A stretch of 64,000 bases of DNA. It comes from Eubacteriales bacterium (GTDB lineage Bacteria > Bacillota > Clostridia > Oscillospirales > CAG-272). A model generated the notes under the pieces. That model searched no databases. It saw nothing but the letters and a program-made list of their open reading frames with translations, and had not been told where the DNA came from. Both the position numbers and the translations under genes were made by a program. The stretch lies in the NCBI GenBank assembly GCA_045593885.1, contig JAZNXN010000034.1, positions 10,692 through 74,691 of the forward strand, read 5' to 3'. This document shows, piece after piece, positions 19,371-30,531 of this stretch; the first letter of the stretch is position 1; every line of letters begins with the position of its first letter.

Positions 19371-21371
19371 TTAAATATCCGCGTCCTTCATATACCTTGC
19401 AGCATTTTCCGCTATGAATCTCTTCCTCTCGGGCAAATCGTCGCCAAGAAGTGTTTCAAACATCCAAAGAGTCTGTGCCTCGTCGGTGGGAGAAACCGCA
19501 ATAAGTCTGCGCGTTGCGGGATTCATCGTGGTCTTCCACATCATATCGGGGTCGTTTTCGCCAAGTCCCTTTGAGCGCTGAACAGTATACTTCTTGCCCT
19601 CAAGGGTTGCAAGTATCTCTGCCTTCTCAGGCTCGTTGTATGCAAAGAAGGTATCGTCGCCGGAGGTAATCTCAAACAGCGGTGATTCCGCAATAAACAC
19701 TTTATTTTCACGGATGAGCGTGGGGAGAAGTCTGTAGAACAGCGTGAGCAGAAGCGTACGTATCTGGAATCCGTCCTCATCCGCATCCGTACAGATAATT
19801 ATTTTACTCCAGCGCAGATTATTTATGTCGAATTTGACGAGGTCGCCTTTTACCTTGCCCTCCATTTCAACACCGCAGCCGATAACGCGCAAAAGGTCGC
19901 ATATTATCTTGCTCTCAAAAATTTTCACGTATGAGCTCTTCATACAGTTGAGCGTTTTACCCCTTACGGGTATTATAGCCTGAAATTCGGCGTTTCTTCC
20001 TGTTTTACAGGACGACATAGCCGAGTCACCCTCAACTATATAAAGCTCTCGCTTCGACGGGTCCTTCGAGTGACAGCTGACAAACTTTTCAACTCGGTTG
20101 GTAACGTCCATCGAGCCTGCGAGCTTCTTTTTAACGTCAACCCTTTCCTTCTCGGTTGCCTCGCGCGAGCGCTTTGTTATCAGTACCTGATTTGCAAAGA
20201 GCTGGGCGTCACTCGGATTTTCCGCAAAATAAACCTCAAGGCGTTCCTGAATAAACTTAGTCAGAGCCTTGTAGATAAAGACGTTGTTTATCGCCTTCTT
20301 CGTCTGGTTTTCATACGAGGTGTAGGTTGAGGAGCTGTTAATTATAACTACTATACTGTCCTCAATATCGGAAAATCCTATCTTGGATTCGTTTTTGTTA
20401 TATTTGCCCTGCGCCTTGATGTATTTGTCAAGCGAGGATGTGAATGCGGTTTTCACTGCCTTATCGGGTGCTCCGCCGTATTCAAGGAAGCTGGAGTTGT
20501 GATAGTATTCAAGAGTGCTGACAGCGCTCGAAACACAGAAGGCGACCTCAGCCTTCAGCTTATAATCCTTCTTATCCTCACGGTCACGTCCAACAGTATC
20601 AAGCTTCCATACCACAGGGGATGTGAGAGAATTATCCTTTGTTATCTCGACGATATAATCTGTAAGACCGTTTTTGTAGCAATACGAGCTTTCCTCAAAT
20701 TTTCCGTTAGCAAGCTCCTGACGGAGAATAAAATTTATACCCGCATTTACGACAGACTGACGGCGTAAATTCTCGCGGAAGAACTCAATGGGAATATTGA
20801 TGTCGGTAAATACCTCAAGGTCGGGCAGCCACCTTACAACAGTACCTGTTCTTGACCTGAGCTTTGGCTCCTCTATCTCGCTGACCTTAAGCTCAGAGCT
20901 GACGTATCCCTTCTTGAAGGATATCTCGGAGAGCTGACCTGCGCTATACGATTTTACTGTCATATACTTTGAGGAATACTGCGTCGCACACGCGCCAAGA
21001 CCGTTTGTTCCAAGAGAATACTCGTATGCGGCATTTTCCTCGTTATTTGCATACTTACCGCCTGCATAAAGCTCGCAGTAAATGAGCTCCCAGTTATAGC
21101 ACTTCTCCGCCTCGTTATATCCGAGCGGAACTCCGCGTCCGAAATCCTCGACCTCTATTGAATGATCGCGGTAGACGGTGGTTATTATCTTGCTGCCGAA
21201 GCCCTCACGAGCCTCATCAACCGCATTTGCAAGTATTTCAAAATAGGAATGCTGACAGCCCTCAAGTCCGTCCGAGCCAAAAATTACGGCAGGGCGCTTA
21301 CGTACTCTGTCAGGACCGCTCAGCTTCGTAATGCTCTGGTCATTATACGCTGTTTTTGCGTTCTTTGCCAT
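19371..21371 (-). CDS. Type IIA topoisomerase B subunit (GyrB/ParE-like)
   Basis: VRKRPA, EILANAVDE, DFGRGVP, VEGDSA, PVRGK, TDADEDG and KGLGE motifs. Confidence 0.9.
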   Translation of the reverse strand: MAKNAKTAYNDQSITKLSGPDRVRKRPAVIFGSDGLEGCQHSYFEILANAVDEAREGFGSKIITTVYRDHSIEVEDFGRGVPLGYNEAEKCYNWELIYCELYAGGKYANNEENAAYEYSLGTNGLGACATQYSSKYMTVKSYSAGQLSEISFKKGYVSSELKVSEIEEPKLRSRTGTVVRWLPDLEVFTDINIPIEFFRENLRRQSVVNAGINFILRQELANGKFEESSYCYKNGLTDYIVEITKDNSLTSPVVWKLDTVGRDREDKKDYKLKAEVAFCVSSAVSTLEYYHNSSFLEYGGAPDKAVKTAFTSSLDKYIKAQGKYNKNESKIGFSDIEDSIVVIINSSSTYTSYENQTKKAINNVFIYKALTKFIQERLEVYFAENPSDAQLFANQVLITKRSREATEKERVDVKKKLAGSMDVTNRVEKFVSCHSKDPSKRELYIVEGDSAMSSCKTGRNAEFQAIIPVRGKTLNCMKSSYVKIFESKIICDLLRVIGCGVEMEGKVKGDLVKFDINNLRWSKIIICTDADEDGFQIRTLLLTLFYRLLPTLIRENKVFIAESPLFEITSGDDTFFAYNEPEKAEILATLEGKKYTVQRSKGLGENDPDMMWKTTMNPATRRLIAVSPTDEAQTLWMFETLLGDDLPERKRFIAENAARYMKDADI

Positions 21372-21563
21372 TTACACATCTCCTTGATTTTTCGGAAGCA
21401 AGCTCCTCGGTGGCGCAGTAAGCGAGTGCTCGGCTTCTCCCTTTATTTCTAACTATAATATTTTACCATCTTTTTATTTTTTTGTCAATACGGGTGCGTT
21501 TTTTATTGACAAACTCTTTTTGCGGTGGTAAAATTAAGCAAACATACCTGAGAGGAAGAAGCT

Positions 21564-23783
21564 ATGAGAAAAAGCGACTTTATCCTATTTGAAAACAAAC
21601 CGGCAGAAAAATTCACAGAGGCATACCCTATCGGCAACGGACATATAGGAGCTATGTTATACGGCGATTTTCCGAAAATGAAAATCGGACTCAACCACGA
21701 CGAGCTATGGACAGGATACGAAAAATCCATAACTCATCTGTGGGATAAGACAAAGCTCGACGAGGCAAGAGAAGCGGTATTTTCCGGTGACTACGTTCTC
21801 GCCTGTGATATTTTAGGGAAGCATTATGCTAAAAACGATGCGTCCTCATACATAACGCTCGGAGATTTGTATATAGATTTCGGGGGCGGCGAGCCCACTG
21901 ATTACAAGCGTACGCTCGACACGAGCCGCGGAGTTGCAGAGATTGGGTTTGCACTTAACGGCGGGCGGGTGACCGCAACCCTCTTCGCCTCATATCCCAC
22001 AAACACCTTAGTGTGCAGAATACGCTCAGACCTACCCATTTTCCTGTCGCTCAGTCAGGACTGCCCGATAGAAGGCACCCCTTCTTTGAAAAACGGCACA
22101 CTGATATATGAGGGCGTATGTCCTCTCTATCGCAACAGAGAGAAGGAAAAGGAGCTGAACCGAATAGTCTACGAATACGGCGACAGGGACAGGGCGATAG
22201 CATTCGCAACCGTTCTCCACACTGTCACCGACGGAGAGATTTTTTGCGAGGAAGGAAGGATAAGCGTCAGGGACGGAAAGGAAACTACGCTGTATTTCAC
22301 AGTTGAAACGAGCTACAAGGACGGATTGGCGAGAGGAAAGGAGCCCTCCTCGCTTCTGCCTGTGGCAGAGGAACGTGTTCTACGTATAGCTGAGCGGACG
22401 TTTGACGACCTGCTCCTTGAGCATACCGAGGATTTTTCAGAGCTGTTTTTCAGGAGCTCTGTCGAGCTCGACGGCAAGGATATGTCGGACACCCCCACCT
22501 CAGAAAGAGTTGAGGCACAGGACATAACCGACACCTCGCTTTTGAACCTACTCTACAATTTTGGAAAATACCTCATGATTTCGTCGAGCCGCGAGGGCAC
22601 GTGTGCCGCAAACTTGCAGGGCATATGGTGCAGAAGCATAGCACCCCCCTGGGGAAGCGGATATACCACAAATATCAATACCGAGATGAACTACTGGGCG
22701 GCTATGCCAACGGGACTTTTTGACTGTATGGAGCCGCTTGAAGCACTTGTGAGAGTGCTTAACAGAACAGGCAAAAGCGTTGCGAGGGACTTGTTTGGCG
22801 CCCGCGGTGCGTGCTCCTGTCACAACTCGGATATTTTCGGTCACGCCACCCCCGTTTCGGGAATGGTTATGTGGTCATTCTTCCCCTGTGCGTATGCATG
22901 GCTGGTAGGCGAGCTGTGGCGTAAATATGAGTACACGGGTAACGAAAAATACCTTGAAAGCATATATCCTCTCGTTGAGGATGCGGCTCTATTCTTCATT
23001 GACACACTGGTTTTTGACGGCAAATACTATATATTCTCGCCCGCTACCTCGCCCGAAAACAGATATATACACAACGACCGTCTGTGTCAGGTGGCAAAAT
23101 CGAGCACGATGTTTGGCTCTATCGCCAAGGAAGCACTCGCAAATTATATAAATGCCGCAGACCGCTTTGGAATAGAAAACGCGGACACCCTGCGCGCAAA
23201 TGAGATTTTTAACAAGCTGCTTCCCTTGCGTGTCATGAGCGACGGAAAGCTCGACGAGTGGTATCTTTGTGAAAAGGACGGAGAGCAGAGCGAGCATCAG
23301 CCCGTACACCGCCATATATCCCATCTTTACGGTCTGTATCCTGCAAGAGAAATTAATACCGACGTGCTTCGCCGCGCGGCAAAGGTCAGCCTTGATATGA
23401 GAGGTGACGAGTCTACGGGCTGGAGTCTCGGTTGGAAAATGTGCTGTCGCGCCCGTCTGTTTGACGGCGACGCCTGCATGAGATTGATAAAGCTGTTCTT
23501 GCGTCCCTGCAATACCGAAACGGTAGCTGCTACAGGTGGCGGAATCTACAAAAACCTGTTCTGCGCGCATCCACCGTTCCAAATAGACGGAAATTTCGCG
23601 TTCACCGCCGCAATATCCGAAATGCTGGTGAGCGAGCGTGACGGCGAGATTTATCCCATCCCCGCGCTTCCCAAGGAATTGGGCAACGGCAGGGCGAGAG
23701 GCATCCGCGTCAGCGGCAACAGAGCCGTAGACCTTTCCTTCAAGGACGGAACGGTTACCGAATTCAAGGTTTATAACTTATAA
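21564..23783 (+). CDS. GH95-family glycoside hydrolase (alpha-L-fucosidase-like)
   Basis: PIGNGHIGAM, NLQGIW, YTTNINTEMNYW, HRHISHLYGLYP and PPFQIDGNF motifs. Confidence 0.92.
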   Translation: MRKSDFILFENKPAEKFTEAYPIGNGHIGAMLYGDFPKMKIGLNHDELWTGYEKSITHLWDKTKLDEAREAVFSGDYVLACDILGKHYAKNDASSYITLGDLYIDFGGGEPTDYKRTLDTSRGVAEIGFALNGGRVTATLFASYPTNTLVCRIRSDLPIFLSLSQDCPIEGTPSLKNGTLIYEGVCPLYRNREKEKELNRIVYEYGDRDRAIAFATVLHTVTDGEIFCEEGRISVRDGKETTLYFTVETSYKDGLARGKEPSSLLPVAEERVLRIAERTFDDLLLEHTEDFSELFFRSSVELDGKDMSDTPTSERVEAQDITDTSLLNLLYNFGKYLMISSSREGTCAANLQGIWCRSIAPPWGSGYTTNINTEMNYWAAMPTGLFDCMEPLEALVRVLNRTGKSVARDLFGARGACSCHNSDIFGHATPVSGMVMWSFFPCAYAWLVGELWRKYEYTGNEKYLESIYPLVEDAALFFIDTLVFDGKYYIFSPATSPENRYIHNDRLCQVAKSSTMFGSIAKEALANYINAADRFGIENADTLRANEIFNKLLPLRVMSDGKLDEWYLCEKDGEQSEHQPVHRHISHLYGLYPAREINTDVLRRAAKVSLDMRGDESTGWSLGWKMCCRARLFDGDACMRLIKLFLRPCNTETVAATGGGIYKNLFCAHPPFQIDGNFAFTAAISEMLVSERDGEIYPIPALPKELGNGRARGIRVSGNRAVDLSFKDGTVTEFKVYNL

Positions 23784-23822
23784 TACTTGACAAAATTAAA
23801 ATAATGTGATAAAATCACAGCA

Positions 23823-24041
23823 TGGCGATAAAAGGAAGGAGTAGCAGTCCCTCTCGCATTCAGAGAGCCGTCGGCGGTGCAAGACGGTTGTGACGGGCGG
23901 TGAAGTAGTCCTTTTGCCGAGGGAAGAAAGGCATGCCGATTAGACCCCTCCGCATATCTGCGTTACGGATATTGAGTGATAAATTCAGGTGGTACCGAGC
24001 ATTATTTGCGCCCTGTGGATGTTTTTCCGCAGGGCTTTTTT
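23823..24041 (+). promoter_or_regulatory. T-box riboswitch (Val specifier)
   Basis: Stem I AGAGAG/GGTGCAAG motifs, GAA-GTA specifier, AATTCAGGTGGTACCG T-box, terminator GCCCTGTGGA...TCCGCAGGGCTTTTTT. Confidence 0.9.
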
Positions 24042-24073
24042 ATTCAGAAATAATTTTCCGAAAGGACAAAAAT

Positions 24074-26704
24074 ATGAGAAAAGAATTGGCAAAGACATAT
24101 TCTCCCTCAGAATTCGAGAAGAGAATATATAAAAACTGGTGCGAAAAGAACTATTTTGCACCCGACCCCGACGAGAAGAAGCCCCCCTTCTCCGTCGTTA
24201 TACCCCCGCCTAACGTAACGGGACAGCTCCACATGGGACACGCCCTCGACGAAACGCTTCAGGATATTCTTGTTAGGACGAAGCGTATGCAGGGATACAG
24301 CACCCTCTGGGTACCCGGCACCGACCATGCGGGAATTGCTACACAGATAAAGGTTGAGGAAAATCTGCGCGTTAACGAGCGGCTCACACGCCATGACCTC
24401 GCACGTGAGAAATTCCTTGAAAGAGTATGGGCGTGGAAGAATCAGTACGGCTCCCGCATAATAAATCAGCTCAAAACCCTCGGCGCCTCGTGTGACTGGA
24501 ATCATGAGAGATTCACTATGGACGAGGGCTGCTCAAAGGCAGTAAAGGAGGTTTTCGTCAACCTCTACAACAAGGGACTGATATACCGCGGAAACAGAAT
24601 AATCAACTGGTGCCCCAACTGCACCACCGCGCTCTCGGATGCAGAGGTTGAATATAGCGAGCAGGCGGGCAGCTTCTGGCATATCAAGTATCCTATAAAG
24701 GATGAGGACGGATTCGTTGAGATAGCAACAACGCGTCCGGAAACCATGTTCGGAGATACCGCCGTCGCGGTAAACCCCAACGACGAAAACACAAAGCACC
24801 TTATCGGAAAAACCCTCATACTTCCTCTCGTTAACCGCGAAATTCCCGTGGTTGGAGATGACTACGTTGAGATTGGATTCGGTACAGGCTGTGTTAAGAT
24901 AACCCCTGCACACGACCCCAACGACTTTGAGGTAGGAAAGCGCCACAGTTTACCTATTATAAGAGTAATGAACGACGACGCAACCCTCAACCACTATGCA
25001 GGTCAGTTTGAGGGCATGGACAGATACACCTGCCGCAAGGCGCTCGTTGAGGAGCTTGACCGTCAGGGCTATCTCATAAAGGTAGTTCCCCACGCGCACA
25101 ACGTAGGCACCTGCTACCGTTGCAAGACGGTTGTAGAGCCCCTGACCTCTAACCAGTGGTTTGTCAAGATGGAGCCGCTTGCGAAGCCTGCGCTTGAGGT
25201 TGTTCGTGACGGACGCGTTAAGTTCCAGCCCGAGCGATTCTCGAAAATATATATCAACTGGATGGAAAACGTACACGACTGGTGTATTTCCCGTCAGCTC
25301 TGGTGGGGACACAGAATACCCGCATTCTACTGTGACGAATGCGGAGAGATGCTCGTAACGAAGGAAAACGAGGCGTATTGCCCGAAATGCAACGCAAAAA
25401 TGCGTCAGGAGGACGACGTTCTTGACACATGGTTCTCCTCGGCACTCTGGCCCTTCTCTACGATGGGATGGCCTGAAAAGACCAAGGACCTCGAAAGATA
25501 CTATCCTACCTCTGTTCTCGTAACGGGATACGATATAATCTTCTTCTGGGTTGCACGAATGGTATTCTCGGGACTTGAGAATATGGGTAAGGAGCCGTTC
25601 TCCACCGTATTCATTCACGGTCTTGTCCGTGACGCGCAGGGACGTAAGATGTCAAAATCTCTCGGAAACGGTATAGACCCCCTTGAAATAATCGAGAAAT
25701 ACGGTGCAGATGCGCTGCGCTTTGCACTCGCTACAGGTAATGCACCCGGAAACGATATGCGCTTCTCCGACGAGAAGATTGAGGCGGCGAGAAACTTCGC
25801 CAACAAGCTCTGGAACGCATCGCGCTTTGTCCTTATGAATCTTGACGAAAACGACGAGGACTATGCGCTTCCCTCGGTAGATAAGCTTTCAGCTGAGGAC
25901 AAGTGGGTGCTTGATAAGCTCAACAACCTCTCGCGCACGGTAAATACCTCTATTGATAATTACGAGCTGGGCGTTGCACTCTCGGAGATATACGATTTCA
26001 CCTGGGATATTCTCTGTGACTGGTATATCGAGCTTTGTAAGGCAAGGCTTCAGGATAAGGGAAGCGAGGGCGCTCATACCGCCGCACACGTTCTGGTGTA
26101 CGTGCTGACACAGACACTCAAGCTCCTTCACCCATACATGCCGTTCATAACCGAGGAGATATATCAATCTCTGCCCCACGCCGACGAGAGCATTATGATA
26201 TCCGCATTCCCGAAATACGACGACAGCCTAACCTTCACCAAGGAGGCGCTTGAAATGGAGAGGGTTATCGGCGCTATCAAGGCTATTCGCGCACGCAGGG
26301 CTGAGATGAACGTAGCTCCCTCGCGCAAGGCAAAGCTCTATATGATAACCTCTCACAAGGATACCTTTGAGGGTGCAAGGCAGTTTTTCATCCGCCTTGC
26401 CTCTGCATCCGACATTGAATTTGTTGACACATATCCGTCCGACGATGCCGTTAGCATAGTAACCGATTCCGTCACAGTCTTCATTCCCCTCTCGGATATG
26501 ATTGATTTTGATAAGGAACGCGAAAGACTCGCCGGCGAGATAAAGAAAAATGCCTCTGAAATCGAGAGAATAGAAAAGAAGCTGGCAAACGAGGGCTTCG
26601 TTTCGAAGGCTCCCGCGCAGGTTATCGATGGTGAGCGCCAGAAGCTCGAAAAGTACAAGGCTACTGCCGAGGCACTCGCAGAGGCGCTGGCAAAGCTGGG
26701 ATAA
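24074..26704 (+). CDS. valS: Valine--tRNA ligase
   Basis: [25 protein letters not shown] and KMSKS motifs; C-terminal coiled coil. Confidence 0.97.
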   Translation: MRKELAKTYSPSEFEKRIYKNWCEKNYFAPDPDEKKPPFSVVIPPPNVTGQLHMGHALDETLQDILVRTKRMQGYSTLWVPGTDHAGIATQIKVEENLRVNERLTRHDLAREKFLERVWAWKNQYGSRIINQLKTLGASCDWNHERFTMDEGCSKAVKEVFVNLYNKGLIYRGNRIINWCPNCTTALSDAEVEYSEQAGSFWHIKYPIKDEDGFVEIATTRPETMFGDTAVAVNPNDENTKHLIGKTLILPLVNREIPVVGDDYVEIGFGTGCVKITPAHDPNDFEVGKRHSLPIIRVMNDDATLNHYAGQFEGMDRYTCRKALVEELDRQGYLIKVVPHAHNVGTCYRCKTVVEPLTSNQWFVKMEPLAKPALEVVRDGRVKFQPERFSKIYINWMENVHDWCISRQLWWGHRIPAFYCDECGEMLVTKENEAYCPKCNAKMRQEDDVLDTWFSSALWPFSTMGWPEKTKDLERYYPTSVLVTGYDIIFFWVARMVFSGLENMGKEPFSTVFIHGLVRDAQGRKMSKSLGNGIDPLEIIEKYGADALRFALATGNAPGNDMRFSDEKIEAARNFANKLWNASRFVLMNLDENDEDYALPSVDKLSAEDKWVLDKLNNLSRTVNTSIDNYELGVALSEIYDFTWDILCDWYIELCKARLQDKGSEGAHTAAHVLVYVLTQTLKLLHPYMPFITEEIYQSLPHADESIMISAFPKYDDSLTFTKEALEMERVIGAIKAIRARRAEMNVAPSRKAKLYMITSHKDTFEGARQFFIRLASASDIEFVDTYPSDDAVSIVTDSVTVFIPLSDMIDFDKERERLAGEIKKNASEIERIEKKLANEGFVSKAPAQVIDGERQKLEKYKATAEALAEALAKLG

Positions 26705-26780
26705 AAAGAGCCGTCCGCGGTCAGCGGACGGCATCAACCGAAAGGCCTGCATATGAAAATTATGAAAGGAAATAAGACAA

Positions 26781-27722
26781 ATGAAAAAACTCATCTGTCT
26801 TTTACTGATTATGGCTACACTTTTTACTGCATCCTGCAATATTGATGACACCGATGATACAGTTACCACAACAACTACGACAGGTCAACCGACTCCGGAG
26901 ACACCGCCAAGGGTTGTACCGAACGCACCCGAAAGCTACGACTATCTTTCAATGGAGGCAGACATAACGCCTCTCAGGCAGGATATTTATGCAGTCAAGG
27001 GCAATTACAGATTGCCGATGAATATTTTTGCGCCCGAGGTTGAAAACGCAAACAACAGTATAGCGATTCTCTGCATACACGGCGGTGGCTGGAACACATC
27101 GCTGACCGAAAGCAGCACGTTCTCAGGTGACTGGATGCGCCATCAGGCGAGATACTATGCGGCTCTTGGCTTCTACACCTTCGAGATAACCTACCGCTCG
27201 CTGAACAAGGGCTTCAACATCAAGGATATGCAGGCAGACGTTGAGGATGCTATGCGATACATCAATACAACCCTTGCTGCCGAATTCGGAATTGATAAGG
27301 TTATTACGATAGGCGACAGCGCAGGCGGACACCTTGTTCTCTGCCTAGCTCTCTCCGAGGACGAGAGCCTTCGCCCATATGCAACCATTGCCTGCAATCC
27401 CGTATCAAACTGCGTTGATACAATATGGACGGGCGGTATTGCCGATGCCGAGATTGGCAAGACGGTTTCTCCCTACCACATGGCAAAGAAGGTTGACGGA
27501 AAAATACTGATAATGCACGGAACTGCCGACACAGTGGTTGATCCATCCGATTCACAGAATCTCTACGATGCTCTTTCAGAATACGAAAACGACGTAGAGC
27601 TCGTATGGCTCAACGGTGCAAAGCACGCATTTATCCTCTACGGCTATCAGACACCGAAGGAAAACGTTGACACCTATATGGCAATGACGGTTGAATACAT
27701 AAACCGAATACTTGAACAGTGA
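26781..27722 (+). CDS. Alpha/beta hydrolase lipoprotein (esterase/lipase)
   Basis: Lipobox TASC, Thr/Pro linker, HGGGW, GDSAGG, HGTAD and HAF motifs. Confidence 0.85.
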   Translation: MKKLICLLLIMATLFTASCNIDDTDDTVTTTTTTGQPTPETPPRVVPNAPESYDYLSMEADITPLRQDIYAVKGNYRLPMNIFAPEVENANNSIAILCIHGGGWNTSLTESSTFSGDWMRHQARYYAALGFYTFEITYRSLNKGFNIKDMQADVEDAMRYINTTLAAEFGIDKVITIGDSAGGHLVLCLALSEDESLRPYATIACNPVSNCVDTIWTGGIADAEIGKTVSPYHMAKKVDGKILIMHGTADTVVDPSDSQNLYDALSEYENDVELVWLNGAKHAFILYGYQTPKENVDTYMAMTVEYINRILEQ

Positions 27723-27760
27723 GCATAAAAAAGCAGGCACGGTGTGCCTGCTTTTTGTTG

Positions 27761-29326
27761 TTATGAAAGTCCTGCGTACTGAGTTTTGAGAGTTGAAAGT
27801 CCGTTGACCTTCAGGTGACCGTAGGATGCCCACTGGGTATCAACGCCCTGACCGCCGTTGGCGTATTCCATAAGCATTGAAAAGAGAGCGGGAATACCCA
27901 ACGACTTGTTAGAATCAGTGATGTATCTGTCCCAGATGAATGAGTCGATGGTCATTTTATCGTGAATGATGTCGAGCATAGCCATATTGTTGGAGCCACT
28001 TCCCGAGGTATCGTACTTAACACCAAGACCCTTATCGTAGTAAGCGATTCTGGTTTCCTCACTCTTTATCGAGCAGTACTGCCAGTATGCACTGACCTCA
28101 GTGAAGCGTCTGGAATTCTTGAATATAGCACCAAAGGATGCGTTATCGTGAATGTAAGACTTGTAGTCATCGGTATCATAGAGCTTCGGGAAGGGAATCG
28201 GTGATTTCTTCATCGAGCTGAGAAGCGTGTTCTCAAGGTCGTAAAGACGAAGGTTGGTTGCAAACAAGGTCTTGCCGTTAGCAAATATAGTTCTTACCTG
28301 ACTAACATCCGTAGCGCCATAGCTACCGTCGCTGGTAACGAGTGTTCTCGCCTTATCTGCCAGTTCCTGAAGCGATGCTCTGTTAGAGAAGTACTGGAGC
28401 TGTCCACCGACGTCCTCGATATAATTAATATCGGCGGAATGAGTGATAGCCATTGCTATACCTGCGGCGAGATGGCTCTCAGATCCTGCAAGCGTACCCT
28501 GATATACCATACCTATTTCGTCTGTCGGATCCTTGCCGATAGGGCTGTTGGCGGTTTCGTTGTAAGCCATATCTACCAGTCCGTTAAGACGGTCCCACGT
28601 CCACTCGCCATCCTTTATCTCCTGATAGAAAGCATCTGTGTCAGAGAAATACTTTGCCAAAACATCCTCGTTTACCATTATGATATTAACGCAACGAAGA
28701 ATATCAATGAAGTAATCGCTCGCAAGTATGTACATTTTGCCCGTAGTCATTTCAGAGCTGTTAGACATCAGAGCAAGAGATGTCATAGTTGCATCATACC
28801 AGCAATCGTCGTTGAAATCAAAATAGTTTGTGCTATCCGTGGTATTTACATTCTTGAAAATACCCTGCATCATACAGGGAACGACACCGATAAGATTGAG
28901 TGCAATTGCATCGGTGATACCGTCGTTTGCATCAAATTTTGTTTTGATTACGTCAGGAACCGTGTCCCAGCCGGCATCGGTGTAGTTGTAGTTAACGTTA
29001 AGATTGAGCTTGCCCTTGACATACTTATTTCTGTCGTTTACGGCTTTAAGAATGGTATCGTTATCATTCTCCTGACCGTTATCCTCAAGTCCTGTCATAT
29101 ACTTCGCAACCGAAGCACCGACACGGCCAGGATCCTGGTTGTTGGACATGAGAATCGTTATCGTTTCCCCGTCAAAATCAGCATCCTTGAAGCGATCCTC
29201 GCCCGTACCCTCAACAGGACCTGCAGGGCCGTCACCATCGCCATCGTCCTTGCACGCCACCATAAGAGAGAGCGCGAAAACCAGAACAAGCACAAGACAC
29301 ATAAGTCTTATAAGTTTGCTTTTCAT
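27761..29326 (-). CDS. Extracellular solute-binding lipoprotein (orphan, sugar-SBP-like)
   Basis: Lipobox MVAC, DG linker, GEWTWD and PIPFPKLY motifs; paralog at 47750-49303. Confidence 0.7.
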   Translation of the reverse strand: MKSKLIRLMCLVLVLVFALSLMVACKDDGDGDGPAGPVEGTGEDRFKDADFDGETITILMSNNQDPGRVGASVAKYMTGLEDNGQENDNDTILKAVNDRNKYVKGKLNLNVNYNYTDAGWDTVPDVIKTKFDANDGITDAIALNLIGVVPCMMQGIFKNVNTTDSTNYFDFNDDCWYDATMTSLALMSNSSEMTTGKMYILASDYFIDILRCVNIIMVNEDVLAKYFSDTDAFYQEIKDGEWTWDRLNGLVDMAYNETANSPIGKDPTDEIGMVYQGTLAGSESHLAAGIAMAITHSADINYIEDVGGQLQYFSNRASLQELADKARTLVTSDGSYGATDVSQVRTIFANGKTLFATNLRLYDLENTLLSSMKKSPIPFPKLYDTDDYKSYIHDNASFGAIFKNSRRFTEVSAYWQYCSIKSEETRIAYYDKGLGVKYDTSGSGSNNMAMLDIIHDKMTIDSFIWDRYITDSNKSLGIPALFSMLMEYANGGQGVDTQWASYGHLKVNGLSTLKTQYAGLS

Positions 29327-29531
29327 AAAAAACCTCCTAGTTTATTAATTATATTATAAGGCATAACGGCGAGTAAAAAAAGATGTGTTTTTACTGTAAA
29401 ACCGACACTTTTTTACTAATGAAAATTATATAAAATAATTCTCAACACTTTTTTATCTTGGCTATTGAAAAAGGCTTGGTTTTATGTTAAAATATAATAA
29501 TAATGGGAAGGAGGCGAGGCTTACAGCTGCT

Positions 29532-30497
29532 ATGAGAGAATTAACCGTAGGAAAAAACGATGCAGGACAGCGTCTTGACAAATTTCTTTGCAAGGCACTT
29601 GTTGATATACCGCACTCACTTCTTTACAAGTCGATAAGGACAAAAAAAATAAAGGTCAACCGAAAGAGAGCAACACCCGAGCAGATCTTGTGCGAAGGAG
29701 ATATGCTAGAGCTATTTATCTCCGATGAATTTTTCAAGGATACAGGCGAGAATGACACCGAGCTTTTACTCTCAAGGACCAACACACAGATAAAAATAAT
29801 TTACGAGGATGAAAACATAATACTCGTCAACAAGGACGCGGGTGTATCGGTGCACGAGGATGAGGGAAACGTGCGAAACAACCTCATAACCTACATTCAG
29901 GCGTATCTTTGGCGCAAGGGTGAGTATGACCCGAAGAACGAGCAATCCTTTGCCCCTGCGCTTTGTAACCGTATTGACAGGAATACGGCGGGCATCGTTA
30001 TAGCGGCGAAAAACGCAGAGGCTCTGCGCTGTATGAATGAAAGAATACGGCAAAGACGTATATCCAAATTTTATCTTGCCGCCGTTCACGGAGCACCCGA
30101 AAGAGCTGAGGCAACACTGAATGCCTACCTCGAAAAAAACGAAAAAACCAACACCGTACGAGTTTCTGACAAGCCGTTTGGCTCCGCCAAAAAAATAATA
30201 ACGAAATATAAGGTGCTGGCGAAAAAATCGGGCTATGCACTCGTTGAGGTTGAGCTGGTAACAGGACGCACCCACCAGATACGCGCTCATTTTGCACATA
30301 TCGGACACTCTCTGCTCGGCGACGGAAAATACGGACAGAACAAGGATGACAGGGCTCTTGGCTATAAGCATCAGGCACTCTGCTCGTATAAGCTCAAATT
30401 CCCCGCAAGCGTGGATAGCGACCTTCTTTCCTACCTTGACGGACGTGAGTTTTCTATACCTAAGAAGGAGATTTTTTTCACGAGTCTGTTCTTTTGA
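29532..30497 (+). CDS. RluA/RluC-family pseudouridine synthase
   Basis: S4-like N-terminus GQRLDKFL, NRIDRNTAG and TGRTHQIRAH motifs. Confidence 0.92.
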   Translation: MRELTVGKNDAGQRLDKFLCKALVDIPHSLLYKSIRTKKIKVNRKRATPEQILCEGDMLELFISDEFFKDTGENDTELLLSRTNTQIKIIYEDENIILVNKDAGVSVHEDEGNVRNNLITYIQAYLWRKGEYDPKNEQSFAPALCNRIDRNTAGIVIAAKNAEALRCMNERIRQRRISKFYLAAVHGAPERAEATLNAYLEKNEKTNTVRVSDKPFGSAKKIITKYKVLAKKSGYALVEVELVTGRTHQIRAHFAHIGHSLLGDGKYGQNKDDRALGYKHQALCSYKLKFPASVDSDLLSYLDGREFSIPKKEIFFTSLFF

Positions 30498-30531
30498 TGC
30501 ACTACAAAATAAGTACTAAAGGATTTTTGAA

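Noticed and set aside
28439..29359. Long antisense ORFs (for example 28439-29359, 45046-45948, 51552-52400)
   Set aside because: They lie opposite well-supported genes and show no recognisable motifs.
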